Source: Balanoglossus misakiensis
Taxonomy: Eukaryota > Animalia > Hemichordata
Direction: 5' to 3'
NCBI GenBank assembly: GCA_040954595.2
Contig: CM082597.2
Span: forward strand, 9,145,778 to 9,209,777
Length of the DNA: 64,000 nucleotides
A program made the translations under genes and the position numbers. How positions within the stretch are numbered: the stretch's first letter is position 1; each line of letters starts with the position of its first letter. This document shows, piece after piece, positions 28,885 through 40,234 of the stretch. Below the pieces are notes generated by a model that saw nothing but the letters and a program-made list of their open reading frames with translations, had not been told where the DNA came from and made no database searches.

Positions 28885-29077
28885 TAATCAATGAAAAATA
28901 AAATTACGAAAATCATGAAATTTCTGACAGCCATAGATTTGCATGGCATGAACTGTATGTCCTATCAGCATGTAGTTTAGGTGACATTTATGATAAATAG
29001 TCAAATTACTGGAGTGATCGATTACGGTACCTCATAAGCAGACAACCACATGAAGACCAATCTTGATGTGAACTTAC

Positions 29078-29260
29078 CAATGCATGATGGTATTGCACTA
29101 TTCCACTGTAAATCGGATTGACAAGTCAGGTAATCAGCACCATTTAATTCATAGCCAGCATTACAATAGAATGTGATGTTACTGCCCATATAATATGGTC
29201 CACTATCAGGGACAGCTTGTAGATGTGGGTCTGTTATGAGTATATCACTGCAGTTCAATC
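29078..29260 (-). pseudogene. Exon: Sushi 4 (LNCSD...GSNITFYCNAGYELNG...CQSDLQWNSAIPSCI)
   Basis: ttgcag acceptor, gtaagt donor, 183 bp, phase 1/1. Confidence 0.92.
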
Positions 29261-29570
29261 CTGCAAGTAAAAAAAATAAAACACTATGTGGATGCAGACT
29301 TGATTGTGGTATATATATTGGGTATCTGTATTCTGTCACAACTTTAACATTTTCACCCCAAGTTCCCACTATAAAAGTCCAGATACCATTGACTCCTTTT
29401 TTTCAATTATCGACTAAATTCATGACTCTGTATTTCAAAAACAAGCGTGGTGACCCCTATATTTTATCACAAATTTTCATTATACATACATAGGATAATC
29501 CAAAAATTAACAATTAAAAGAAATGACCATATTTTCAATTTTACTGAATGTACATCCTTAAATGACTTAC

Positions 29571-29753
29571 GTTGACAGTATCCTGGATCTCCAATCCATG
29601 ATCCATCTTCACCACATGTAGAGACAGTGTAGCCAGTCAGACTGTAGCCAGATGGACATGAGTAGGCAACGGTTGTTCCAAAAATCAATGAATCACCATT
29701 AACAATTTCATATGATAAGTAGTTGTCTACATTCGGTGGTGGACACTCGCGAG
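29571..29753 (-). pseudogene. Exon: Sushi 3 (RECPPPNV...FGTTVAYSCPSGYSLTG...CGEDGSWIGDPGYCQ)
   Basis: aaacag acceptor, gtaagt donor, 183 bp, phase 1/1. Confidence 0.92.
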
Positions 29754-30054
29754 CTGTTTGGATAAGATGAACAGATAACATTACAAGTGTGTTAATACTA
29801 GGAAAATGGTTTAAAGGGACATGTAGCAGTAACCCTCACAATCCTGCATATTTTCAAGTTACCAGTGTCTGGTTTAACATTCAGTGTGTAATGTCCCAAT
29901 TAGACACCCATGTGGAATGTAGCAACCAGCACAAAGTGCCCCATCATAACGCTATGGAGAGAATTTCAACTTGAGTCAGTGATTTTTATGAAAACATGAC
30001 AGTGAACACCCTGTGTTATACTTTGTTTTCAAAACGACTCATCACACACTTTAA

Positions 30055-30354
30055 AGCCTCTAGAGCTGCCAAATTTCACAATTTTTTTCTTTTCCACAGT
30101 AAAACCTTTCAAATCTATGGTGATGCATACCACGATAGCTAGCTGCATACTGTTTGTATGGAGGCTGATTTTAATAAAATGGGTACGGCACCTGTTTAAT
30201 ACATTGCACGTTTAAATTGCAACATACAGCCACAATCAGGCATTGATGACATGTTCTTGTATCCCTATCAGTAAGCTTAATTATTTCAATGTACCAATCT
30301 ACGTCGGAAAATAAAATCTGAAAATAAATGCAAAAAGTGGCAGCTCTAGTGGCT
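30055..30354. mobile_element. TTAA-flanked MITE (Kolobok-like)
   Basis: TTAA|AGCCTCTAGAGCTGCCA...TGGCAGCTCTAGTGGCT|TTAA. Confidence 0.85.
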
Positions 30355-30457
30355 TTAAAGCACTGAAAGGTTCAGAGGACTAACATTTTTCTGAAAATCC
30401 GTCTCCTAAGTGTGCACTACAATGGCAGTTTAATTGTTTTCAAAAATATCAACTTAC

Positions 30458-30637
30458 GCTCGCATTGGGGCACAAGTGGACCCCAGACACCATCTGCTTG
30501 GCATTCCAATGAAGACACATTATTTATAAACTGATAGCCCTCAATGCATTGATAATAAGCAATGCCACCATACACTGTACTGGTAACATTGGTAAGAATT
30601 CCATTGCTGCACTCAGGGGGTCCACCACATGTTATTC
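30458..30637 (-). pseudogene. Exon: Sushi 2 (ITCGGPPECSNG...CQADGVWGPLVPQCE)
   Basis: ttttag acceptor, gtaagt donor, 180 bp, phase 1/1. Confidence 0.92.
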
Positions 30638-30882
30638 CTAAAAAATAAACAACAAATTAGTGTCATTCAAGTTGTTGCTAACAATAGATTCAAGAGACAA
30701 ATTAAGTCTCTCTCATCACTGCACTTTTTTCATTAATTATCTTGGATACAAGACACCAGGCTAGGCATATTTGCATAGCTGGTACGACTTATACACGGCG
30801 AAAATGTTTTTTTTTTCCTGAAAGAGTGACCTCAAAGCTACAAAATTATGTAGATATCAGCTAGACCGGACATCCCCTTTAA

Positions 30883-30983
30883 CTACTGGATAACCGTCCG
30901 AGCATTGGAATGAGACAGAGACATCATACCTTCTATCTCTGTACTGGTCACCACGCCCTCACTAATCACAATTTCTGGACAGT
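30883..30983 (-). pseudogene. Exon remnant: Sushi 1, frameshifted and cut by a TTAA element
   Basis: DCPEIVISEGVVTST, then YDVSVSFQCSDGY in a different frame; ends at TTAA 30879-30882, a MITE terminus. Confidence 0.75.
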
Positions 30984-31053
30984 CTGTCCGAACAAGGATC
31001 ACAATGATAAGAATGCATGCAGACAAATACTTAAACTCATAAATGTCAGTTGT

Positions 31054-31287
31054 TTTAAAGTGAAGGGGTCGTCGCAATGCGTTTGTTTATAAACATTACA
31101 ATTCATCCACAAATCCCTCAAATAAGATAATTATTAGAATGAACGAAGCAGCTGACAGTATCCTAGACTGTCCATGACAGCAACTGAAGATCCTAGTAGG
31201 TCGTGGCTGTCTAATTTCAGGGATTTGTGGATGAATTGCAATGTTTATAAACAAACAAACGCAGTGCGACGACCCCATCACTTTATT
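31054..31287. mobile_element. Foldback MITE
   Basis: About 70-bp inverted arms: GGGGTCGTCGCA..GCGTTTGTTTATAAACATT..AATTCATCCACAAATCCCT and its reverse complement. Confidence 0.75.
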
Positions 31288-31503
31288 GAGTGTGATACAA
31301 GAGTGTTGCCATTCCTGTCAATGGTCCAAAATTGCATTGCAATTGTAAGAAATTACTGTCTCTGTTTTTCCAGCTCTTTGAAGTTTCGTAAAAATTCAAA
31401 AACATTTGCACCTTTCAATTAATGACTCTAAATCACAAGGAATAAAGGGAGAGTGTGTTTCTAAGAATTCTGTAACAACTTTTTCTGAAATGTTAGTAAG
31501 TTA

Positions 31504-31710
31504 CTGTAAAACTCTTTATTTTCGCGAGCAAGAGATTTTCGCGAAATACGCGAGAGCCAAAATAGCGTGAAAATAAAAAGTTGCGTAATTTTTTTGAAGA
31601 TAAAGATGCAATGAATGAAATAAGAGAACGCGAAAATTAATACTGGCGAAACAGTGGCCTCTCTCGATGTCGCGAAAAATTTCAACTCGTGAAAATAAAG
31701 TGTTTTACAG
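31504..31710. mobile_element. Family A MITE
   Basis: TA|CTGTAAAAC...GTTTTACAG|TA; inverted copy of 10279-10476. Confidence 0.88.
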
Positions 31711-31719
31711 TATGTGTAC

Positions 31720-31903
31720 CTGGTGAAAATGAAGCCCTGAATCCTTTAGCTGGTCGTGTTCTACTACTCCTGAACACAACCGAAAAGTGTCCAATGTCTG
31801 TACGGCAATCGGGTGGTGGCACAGTGCCATCAATGACTCCATCAGAATTGCCACTCCATGGACCAATAATGACATCATCATCACTCTCAGTACCATTGTA
31901 TAC
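31720..31903 (-). pseudogene. Exon: CUB3 second half (VYNG...KGFRASFSP)
   Basis: ctgaag acceptor, gtacac donor, 184 bp, phase 0/1. Confidence 0.85.
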
Positions 31904-31942
31904 CTTCAGAAACAAAGACAAATTAAGCATGCATTGTAAATA

Positions 31943-32389
31943 CCGTAAAACGGGAAATCTTCACAACAGGAAATTTTCGCGATATCAAAGGTGGCTACTG
32001 TTACGCGACAATTAATTTTCACATTGGCATATTTTACTGCATTGTTATCTCTGAAGCATTTTAAGCGACTTTTTATTTTCATATTTTTTGGCTCTCACAT
32101 AGTTTACGAAAATTTATCGTTCACGAAAATTTTATAGTATTCAATCCTTGTTGCATTTCCTGCTGTAACAGCTACTCAACATACTGTAAAATGGGAAATG
32201 TTCGCAAACAATAAATTTTCGCGATCTACGTGAGAGCCATCAAAACATGAAAATAAAAAGTTGCGTAAAAATGTTTTTCGGGGATAATGATGCAGTGAAA
32301 TACAAGAACGTGAAAAGTTATTGTTGCATAACACTTGCCTCTTTTGATAACGCGAAAATTTCATGTTGCAAAAGTATCCCGTTTTACAG
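31943..32389. mobile_element. Two family A MITEs (about 31943-32137 and 32184-32389)
   Basis: TA|C(C/T)GTAAAA starts and ...AG|TA ends; same internal motifs. Confidence 0.8.
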
Positions 32390-32556
32390 TATATATGTGA
32401 TTAATTAAATTTCCAAATTGTGTTCCAAAGTTGTATAGTTTGAAGTAATGTCTGCCAAAATTGTCAAACTAAAATCACTGCAAAATAATATGACAAATTT
32501 TTTAATATGACAAATATTTTTAACATGGCTGACTCATGATCATACCTGATACTCAC

Positions 32557-32741
32557 AATGATGTAATCAACATCTGTGTTCCTCTCTAATCCAAAGTTCT
32601 CATCAAAGATAAGAGTTAATGGTCTTCCAGTTGGTTCCTTGATTAACCAGCTACACATAACATCATCAGGGTAAGTGCTAACATCATACCCTGGTGACTG
32701 AATCGTGCCAAAACTACGCAGAATTTCAATTCCCTGGCAAC
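32557..32741 (-). pseudogene. Exon: CUB3 first half (CQGIEILRSFGTIQSPGY...CSWLIKEP...DYII)
   Basis: ttaaag acceptor, gtgagt donor, 185 bp, phase 1/0. Confidence 0.9.
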
Positions 32742-32974
32742 CTTTAAAGAAACAAGTGACCTATCGGTCAAAAGAGCTCTGCTGACTTTAACAGTGAAAC
32801 CTATAGCTGGGCAATGATATGAATACCCTAGGTTTTAATCATAACAATTGTATTCTATTAAACAAAACCAAACATAGACATCACAAGTATTTAATATCCA
32901 CATTCAGCCTGATTCATTGTGCTAAAGAAAGAAAGAATTTATTCCTAAAGAACAACATCAAAAGGAAGTACCAA

Positions 32975-33499
32975 GGTACTAATTTGCATATTCATGACCC
33001 GATCAAAATTCCAATAAAACAAAATCAGGTAGGGGCACCATAACACACATTCTACCAAATTTCAGCTCCATCGTACATGTAGTTAGGGAGAAGAAGATTT
33101 TTTACCAAAAATTATATTTTTAGATCTAATTTGCATATTCATGACCCGATCATATCCAAATTTATGAAATCAGGTAGGGGCACCATAACACACATTCCTG
33201 CCAAATTTCAGCTCCATCGTACATGTAGTTAGGGAGAAGAAAATGTTTGACCAACATTCTATTTTTAGATCTAATTTGCATATTTATGACCCCATCAAAT
33301 CCAAATTTACAAAATCAGGTAGGGGCACCATAACACACATTCCTACCAAATTATAGCTAAATATGCAATGTCGTTTTAACGAAGAAGATTGAAATACCGA
33401 AAGTTGACGGACGACGGACAACGGACGCCAGACGACAGACGGACACTTATCAACCTACTGCTACAGCTTGGCTGACACAAGTGACAGCCAAGCTAAAAA
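32975..33499 (-). mobile_element. HINE-like element with about 146-bp internal tandem repeats
   Basis: Minus strand reads ttttagcttggctg...cagccaagct hairpin, a (GTCC/GTCY) microsatellite, then about 3 repeats (taatttgcatatt at about 32980, 33127, 33272). Confidence 0.75.
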
Positions 33500-33876
33500 T
33501 ACCAAACAAGGAATAATGAATTCAATCCACAGGTTTGGTGTAATCCTGGCTGCCTTTTATTTTGTGCTAGGGGATCAAATCACATAATAATTGCCTTCTG
33601 GATAAAAAGTCGTACGCGACAGAAGAAATGACTGTTAACTGTATATGACTTCCTTAGGTCAAACCTTTCTGTCGTTATACATGTAGTTATCAAATTAAAC
33701 TCATTTAACTTTTTTCACATTTTGTTATTTTTTCTGTTAAAAAGTTCCATAATGACCCAGTATCAGATTAGCTTATATTATAAACTTCCAGAAAGAATGG
33801 CAAAAGAAGATAGATCTGTGATCCTTACAATTCTTACTGGGTTGAAATTCTTTGGGAATGATTTTAAGTGATTTAA

Positions 33877-34225
33877 AGGGACAAAGTTTCTCTCACTCGC
33901 TGCCCTTTTTCCATTAACTATGTTTGATACAAGACACTGTTTATGTTATTCTACATGTGGATATATAGTGAATCAACATTCAACCACGCACAACTTCCAT
34001 CCCGTTTGTAGGATATGAGAGTAAAAATATTGCCAAAATGAATAAACGGTAGAGACCAATTATTCATTTTGGCGAGTTTTTTCACTCTTGTGTCTACAAG
34101 TGGGATGGAAGTTGTTTGTGGTCAAACGTTGTTTCAATATATATCCACATGTAGAATAACATAAACGCTGTATTGTATCATCATAATTCCTGGAAAAGGG
34201 GTAGCGAGAGAGAGTGTTTGTCCCT
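33877..34225. mobile_element. Palindromic TTAA MITE, family B (other copies about 34625-34906, 46517-46815, 47610-47909)
   Basis: TTAA|AGGGACAAA...TTTGTCCCT|TTAA with long internal inverted arms. Confidence 0.85.
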
Positions 34226-34310
34226 TTAAAACATTGTTCTCTTGCATCATGAATCCTTGATTGCCTCTTCATTCAAACAACGTCTTGATCAATTTGAATG
34301 CGTTACCTAC

Positions 34311-34512
34311 CTGCCCAGTAATGTACATGAAAACCTCTCATTGTAACTGCATCATCACTCTTAATGTCAACTCTCATCATACTTTTGGAAGATATGATGA
34401 CATTGGGTAACTCCATCCCAGAAAATAAAGCAAGTCTGAGGGCAGGATTCAGTTCAGCGCCATCGTATACAGACACTTGATCAGCCCCATCTTCTGTTGC
34501 AAAGGAGATAAA
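34311..34512 (-). pseudogene. Exon: CUB2 second half (FISFATEDGADQVSVYDG...GFHVHYWA), acceptor reads CG
   Basis: Pyrimidine tract ends ...ttttccg instead of cag; same 202-bp length as the paralogous CUB1 exon; gtaggt donor. Confidence 0.85.
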
Positions 34513-35272
34513 CGGAAAAGATATAAAAAATAGCATCAAAGACACTTTGCTCCCATTTGATATGTACATTTAAATGTGACATACCGTACAATCATAGTGA
34601 TCACAATTTCCTACACAAAACCATTAAGGGGCAAAGTCTCTCTCTCTCTCGCTGCCCCTTTTCCATTAATTATCGTTTGATTATCGTTTATGTTATTCTA
34701 GATGTGGATATATAGTGAATCAACATTCCATCCCGCTTCATTTTGGGCGAGATTTTTACTCTCATATCCTAAAAATGGGATGGAAGGTGTGTGTGGTCGA
34801 ATGTTGATTCACTATATATCCTCATGTAGAATAACATAAACGGTGTCTTGTATCAAACATAATTAATGGGAAAAGGGCAGCGAGAGAGAGAGACTTCGTC
34901 CCTATAAGGACACCTTTAGCATTGATGAGGTAATATAAGAATACATCTGATAAAGAATATTTTCACATCCCAATAAACCAAAATCCAAAACAACTGGAAG
35001 AGCCGTTTCTGACATAAGTGGACTTTTGGACCAAAAATGTCTAAAACTACCCACCCCCCTCCTCCCCAGTATTGATATTTGTCACATGTTTATGTACACC
35101 ATAATAACAAATATTGTAGGTCCTTGTAAACCAAATTTTAAGAAATCGGAAAAGTGACTACTGAGAATTGACCAGAAATGACAAAAATAAAATGTATTTT
35201 TAAAAATATAATTACTAATTTTTGTCATGCTGTAATACAACTCACACGATTAATTGCATCTGAATCCACTAC

Positions 35273-35424
35273 CTGTAAAGTGACAACAAATTCTGTTGTG
35301 AATGATGCCAGCTGTCAGTTACAATCTTCATTGTTGAGATAATTCTTGCCTTCAAAATATTCTGTACTGCTGAGATTCTGTTTATATGACTGTGCTATGA
35401 AATTCCCACCACACAAAGAATACA
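35273..35424 (-). pseudogene. Exon: CUB2 first half with in-frame TGA (NEDCN*QL)
   Basis: tttcag acceptor, gtagtg donor, 152 bp, phase 1/0; TGA at 35315-35317 at the conserved CxW position. Confidence 0.85.
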
Positions 35425-35717
35425 CTGAAAGAAAGAAGAAGTCATCTTAACAGAAACACTTCACAAACAGGACATCAGCAAGATCACAGTCGAGGTAGGG
35501 CAAATATTGCCTACATGTGCAATCTATAATGTTATACCAGGTTCACGTAGGGTAAAATTCGAAACGTTTCAGAGACACTATTTGCCTAAGGTAAACACAG
35601 AGCATTAATGCTTTTAGTTGCCTTGTGTCCACACATGCAAAGTTTATGTGTAGTTCGCGAAAATTTATCGTTTGCGAAAATTTCCAGTTTTACATTATGT
35701 ATAAAACTTGGTATTAC

Positions 35718-35919
35718 CTGCTTGTCAAGATGCTTCAAAGCCAGTAGCAGTATGCGAACTATCTGAGAGAAATTTCACCAACATTGCATTACCACTGCTA
35801 ATAACTTCATCAGGCTGGTCCGGTCCACTGTATGTGGCAAGAACTTTGGATGGGTCAAACACAGACACCTCGACAATGACAACAGTATCATGATAAAGTT
35901 CAGTGTCAAAATGTAGAAA
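35718..35919 (-). pseudogene. Exon: CUB1 second half with in-frame TGA (GFEAS*QA)
   Basis: tttcag acceptor, gtaata donor, 202 bp; TGA at 35725-35727. Confidence 0.9.
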
Positions 35920-36285
35920 CTGAAAAGAATAAAAAAATGTCACAACACACATCATAAATAGTGAGCTGTCTCAAGCCAATATACATGAAAATAAACACAG
36001 TTTCATGACTTAAGCCCCATTAGCTGTAACTTTTTGCATTTTTCAGTATTTCTATTCTGTGTATCAATTATAGTTTCTTGTTCAGCTACGCAGGGCAGAG
36101 TTAAATCCATAGTCTTAACTTCTCAACGAAACCTATGAGGGCACAATCGGCATTGTTGTTGTTTGAAAACATTCGTAAATAATAACAACAGTCAGTACAC
36201 ATACACATGACTCGTTGACAAGCAGAGAGCTGGGTGTGATGGGTTACTCATGAGGAGAGGAACAAGAAAAAGTGTTTAATTTAAA

Positions 36286-36940
36286 TAATAACACATGATA
36301 GCGAGGGCAATATCACGATTTGAAGCCTGCATGAGGGATGGTGATCTCTGACCATAATATTGATGATGCCCGAGCCGCAGGCGAGGGTATCATCAATATT
36401 TTGGTCAGAGATCACCAGCCCGAGGGCAGGCTTCAAATCGTGATGTTGCCCGAGCATAATGTGTTATTAATTTTATTACGCCGAACATTTGAACGTACAT
36501 ACACTGCAGCATGTAGCATGTAGACTCGCGTCCATATGTCGTACGTTGCTGAGAATGTAAAATGTCTCGATCTCCCAAGAATTATACGATACCTACTTCG
36601 AACTTAGATTATTTTGAAAATACTGCGCTGTTGGTTGCGATTTTGGTGTATTTACTGCCCGTTTGCAGTAAAATATCATCCAGTAGAACAGGTGTTAAGC
36701 CTGTGTGTCGCTTTGAAGCCATATAGATGCGGGAGTTGACTGATCGTGAAGGAAGCCATTGAACGACAGTTTGGAACGCGCAGAAGTCGTGCCCAGAACA
36801 CCAAAACAACCAAGCGGGCAATATCAGCGCACGCGACAGGGCTTTATCAACTCTAGCCATGTTATATCACTTTTTTTTCTATATCACGTGAGCGCGTCTC
36901 AGCCAATCACGAAAACGGTATAATACGTGAGGTGTAATAA
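36286..36940 (+). mobile_element. Non-coding element beginning with a ~184-nt foldback hairpin
   Basis: Hairpin 36286-36469, then a segment bounded by short inverted repeats TTATTACGCC...GGTGTAATAA. Confidence 0.6.
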
Positions 36941-37245
36941 ACACAAAACAAAATTACTGATAAACTAGCCTGAAGTTATAGATAATGGCCCTTTAATTCA
37001 AAAGTTTACCAAAAATCATGTTTGTTATAAGGAAGAAAAAAATCAAATTATTTTTTTTTAGTTGAAATGAATTTAAATCTAATACATGTGTCTGTTTTTT
37101 TTTTTTAAAGTGTTTGTATGTCGAATGGACGGGAAAAGGTGTTTTGTATAGGCAGGTTTCCAGATTAGACAGAGTTAGTGGTTTATGCAAGTTTTACTGT
37201 AAAAAATAACTGGTTTTGGAATTTGACAGTTTACAAGTGAGCACT

Positions 37246-37370
37246 TATTCTGGATGTTGCAGGTCCCTGGATTGTCCAAATACATTCTTGTAGAATGTAA
37301 TAATTATCATCTGGGTATCCAGTGCTGTGAAAGGTCCCCGATTCACCAGTTTCCAAACCACCACATGTTC
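37246..37370 (-). pseudogene. Exon: CUB1 first half (TCGGLETGESGTFHSTGYPDDNYYILQECIWTIQGPATSRI), no in-phase donor
   Basis: attcag acceptor and CUB motifs; the frame runs into a repeat also seen inverted at about 40570-40617 and then stops. Confidence 0.8.
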
Positions 37371-37683
37371 CTGAATATCATTAAAATAAAAAGAAAGAGT
37401 ATGTTTGTGTGATGAATGGTCATAAAGATTCAGCTCATCAAGTTGACGAAATTTCATTGATGATAAAATTACTTCACCAACAGTGAGTATCCAATGTACA
37501 TGTATAAAACAATGTTTGTATTAGTATAAATCAAATGTAAAAATTTTGAAACGACATTTATCACACCCGAAAATTCCAAGAACCGCATATTATGATTCTC
37601 TAAGCTCAAACTATCAGTGTGACAGATGCCAGATTCTTAAAATACTTGGCCCAGTTTTGTTTCTGATTTATATTTATGACATA

Positions 37684-37874
37684 CTGTAAAACAGGAAATT
37701 TTTCATGATATCAAAAGTGGCAACTGTTATGCGATGATTGATTTTCGCATTCTCATATTTCACGGCATTGCTATCTTCGAAAAACATTTTTACACAACTT
37801 GTTTATTTTCGCGTTTTTTTGGCTCTCGCATAGTTCGCAAAAATGTATCGCTCGCGAAAATTTCCTGTTTACAG
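37684..37874. mobile_element. Family A MITE
   Basis: TA|CTGTAAAACAGGAAATTTT...AAAATTTCCTGTTTACAG|TA. Confidence 0.85.
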
Positions 37875-39316
37875 TACAAAATTCTTTGAGGATCAGACTT
37901 TCTGCTGACAGTTCAAAAGTAGTCTTTAGTTGCAAAGGAGATGATCATACAATTAAACCACGATCGTGACGTCACACTATTCAATAGACAAGTCATTCAC
38001 TGAGAGAACCTCCGTCTCACACAAAACCACAGGTTTAAAACCAAGTCCCGGGTAGTTCTAGAACTACCTCCGGGGGTTCTAGAACTACCGCAGGACTCAG
38101 TCTCACCTGTCGTAACAAAAATACAAATACACAATGCTTTATTTGCATAATTACATTTACTTCTATACCTGTATTCAAAGTACATTTCATTTGAATAGAG
38201 TAATTGTTATGTTAATTGAAAGCGAACTGGATATGCGACAGTCTCCGTATCATTTCATTCAATGCTTCACATTCACAGTTTTGTCTACTGACGTACAAAG
38301 CTAATGTCTTGGTGGCTCTCGAGAGTCTTCATAACATGATAATAAAAGTATAAAATAGACAAAAATCAATTCACCAGAAACAAACTAACGTTGCAATAAA
38401 TTAACTACAAATTTCTAGAAAATTATACTAAATCACATTATCCCCAGATTTGCTTGTATTACTCTAACCAGATGCTTCACTTCGATTTTGCTTCACTACC
38501 GACATGTAACAAGGTTGGCTGTTTTAGGCCTAAAACCCGCGTACCTTGCAAAATTCTGCTTACTTTTTGTTGCTGTTCACCAGACGTGGGTTTGTAATGT
38601 CGGACGGATTCACTTCGGTATCAAGTCTTTTCGCAGATGAGTTACTCACCAATATCGCTACCATACAGACGTGTTGCCGCTGTGGCTCGTAGAGAGTGGT
38701 TCGTTCAAAAGCCAGGGAGGCCAATACACAGACGGGCAGTAGTACCATGTAGAGCATTGTTACCCGGTTTTTGCTTTACCAACATGTAGCCGCTTGTTTT
38801 CGCAGATGATATAGATCGGAACTACATGTATCTTCAGATCGATTTCATGGACATTTGAAGGAAAATAAAAAAAAAACGTGACACTTACATGTAGGCCTTC
38901 TGCATTTGGCCTAGAAAATTTTCGCGTAAGCTTACCATGTGCACGCAAAACCCCAATAGCTGTAACGCTTCCCATAATACACTACGTAACACACCTGTAA
39001 AGTTTAATTTGATGCAAATTAGTGTTTGAAATTAGCATATCACTCTGACACGTAAGCATGAACATTTAGAGTAACACCTGTCAAGCGTGGGCGATCTTGT
39101 AAGGCCCAGCAGGGCGGTCTAGAACTACCTGCCCACGACATGATTCATTTATAGGAAAAGGGGTGGCCAACCAAATTTCACAGTCAGCAATGAAGAATAA
39201 GCCTCTTTTGATAAGCTTTTGTTCGTTCATTTTATTGAATCGTTGAGTAAAACGACGTCTTTGTGGTACACGAAGCTCCAATGGTGACAATGTCTGTGGG
39301 GGGTCGTGGTTTAAGT

Positions 39317-39421
39317 TAGAGAACCACCTCCCCCTCAGTGGTTCTTGGTTTCCAATCGCCTCGGGCCTGCGGCCCTCGGCAATTCGAAACCAAGAACCAC
39401 CTCGGGGTCGGTGGTTCTCTA
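39317..39421 (-). other. 105-nt foldback hairpin
   Basis: Indel-free inverted repeat centred on 39369. Confidence 0.9.
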
Positions 39422-39627
39422 TTACATAAATAGTCTAAAAGAAATTGTTAAGTAAACATAACCATACAATTAATGAGTGGAATTATCTAGCGACAACTGG
39501 CCTCAATTTTGAATTTCAAATATAACACCATTCTGCACCCAAGGAGACATCACATGATCTGATCCCCCTTGTTTAACTTTTAGTGGTGAGCTCTTCCAAG
39601 TATATCTTGTATTGCTTAGGGGACTCT

Positions 39628-39905
39628 AACTCTCTCTCCTTCCCTCCCTTCCACCCCCTCCCCTCCCTCTCTAGCTCTCTCCCTCCCCTCTCCCGCCCCT
39701 CTCCCTCCCCTCTCCCGCCCCTCTCCCTCCCTCCCACCCCTCTCTAGCTCTCTCTCCCTCCCTACCCCCCTCTACCCCTCCCTCTCCCTCTAGTTCTCTC
39801 TCCCCCTCTCCCTCACTACCACCCTCCCTCCCTCCCTCCCTGTCACTCTCCAGCTCTCTCTCCCTCCCCCCTCACTCTCCCCTCCCAGCCTCTCCCTCCC
39901 GCTCT
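39628..39905. repeat. Polypyrimidine/polypurine low-complexity tract
   Basis: About 280 bp almost entirely C/T. Confidence 0.95.
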
Positions 39906-40018
39906 TTTGCACACACTCTCTCTTAGTATATATATTGGGAGGTGACTACAGCAGTGCGAGAAAAGTAAAGACCTGATGCGAGTAAGGGAAGATTCTAGCT
40001 GATTTGAATCAGACTTAC

Positions 40019-40234
40019 CTTCAGCACAAGCTGCTACTTCACACATTGACAGACTGACATCATCACATCTTGCATGATACAATGGGTAATTATTTTCAAA
40101 GAGGTTTAACCTCACACATTGCCCAGTGGAGGCATCAGGTTCTGTGTCTGCCCATCGACCATCAAAGACACTACCTTTCCTGCCATCTGAATAATCATAT
40201 TCCACACTGCCATCTCGATTGGGTCCACTAAATC
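40019..40234 (-). pseudogene. Exon: C-type lectin part 4 (...WADTEPDASTGQCV...CDDVSLSMCEVAACAE)
   Basis: ttatag acceptor, gtaagt donor, 216 bp, phase 1/1. Confidence 0.9.

Noticed and set aside
35273-35919. TGA as selenocysteine or an alternative genetic code
   Set aside because: The stops are at Trp-type rather than Cys positions, other Trp codons are TGG, and independent lesions indicate decay.
39843-40018. Gly/Arg/Glu-rich extension of ORF 39843-40205
   Set aside because: Intron read-through past the GTAAGT donor into the purine tract.
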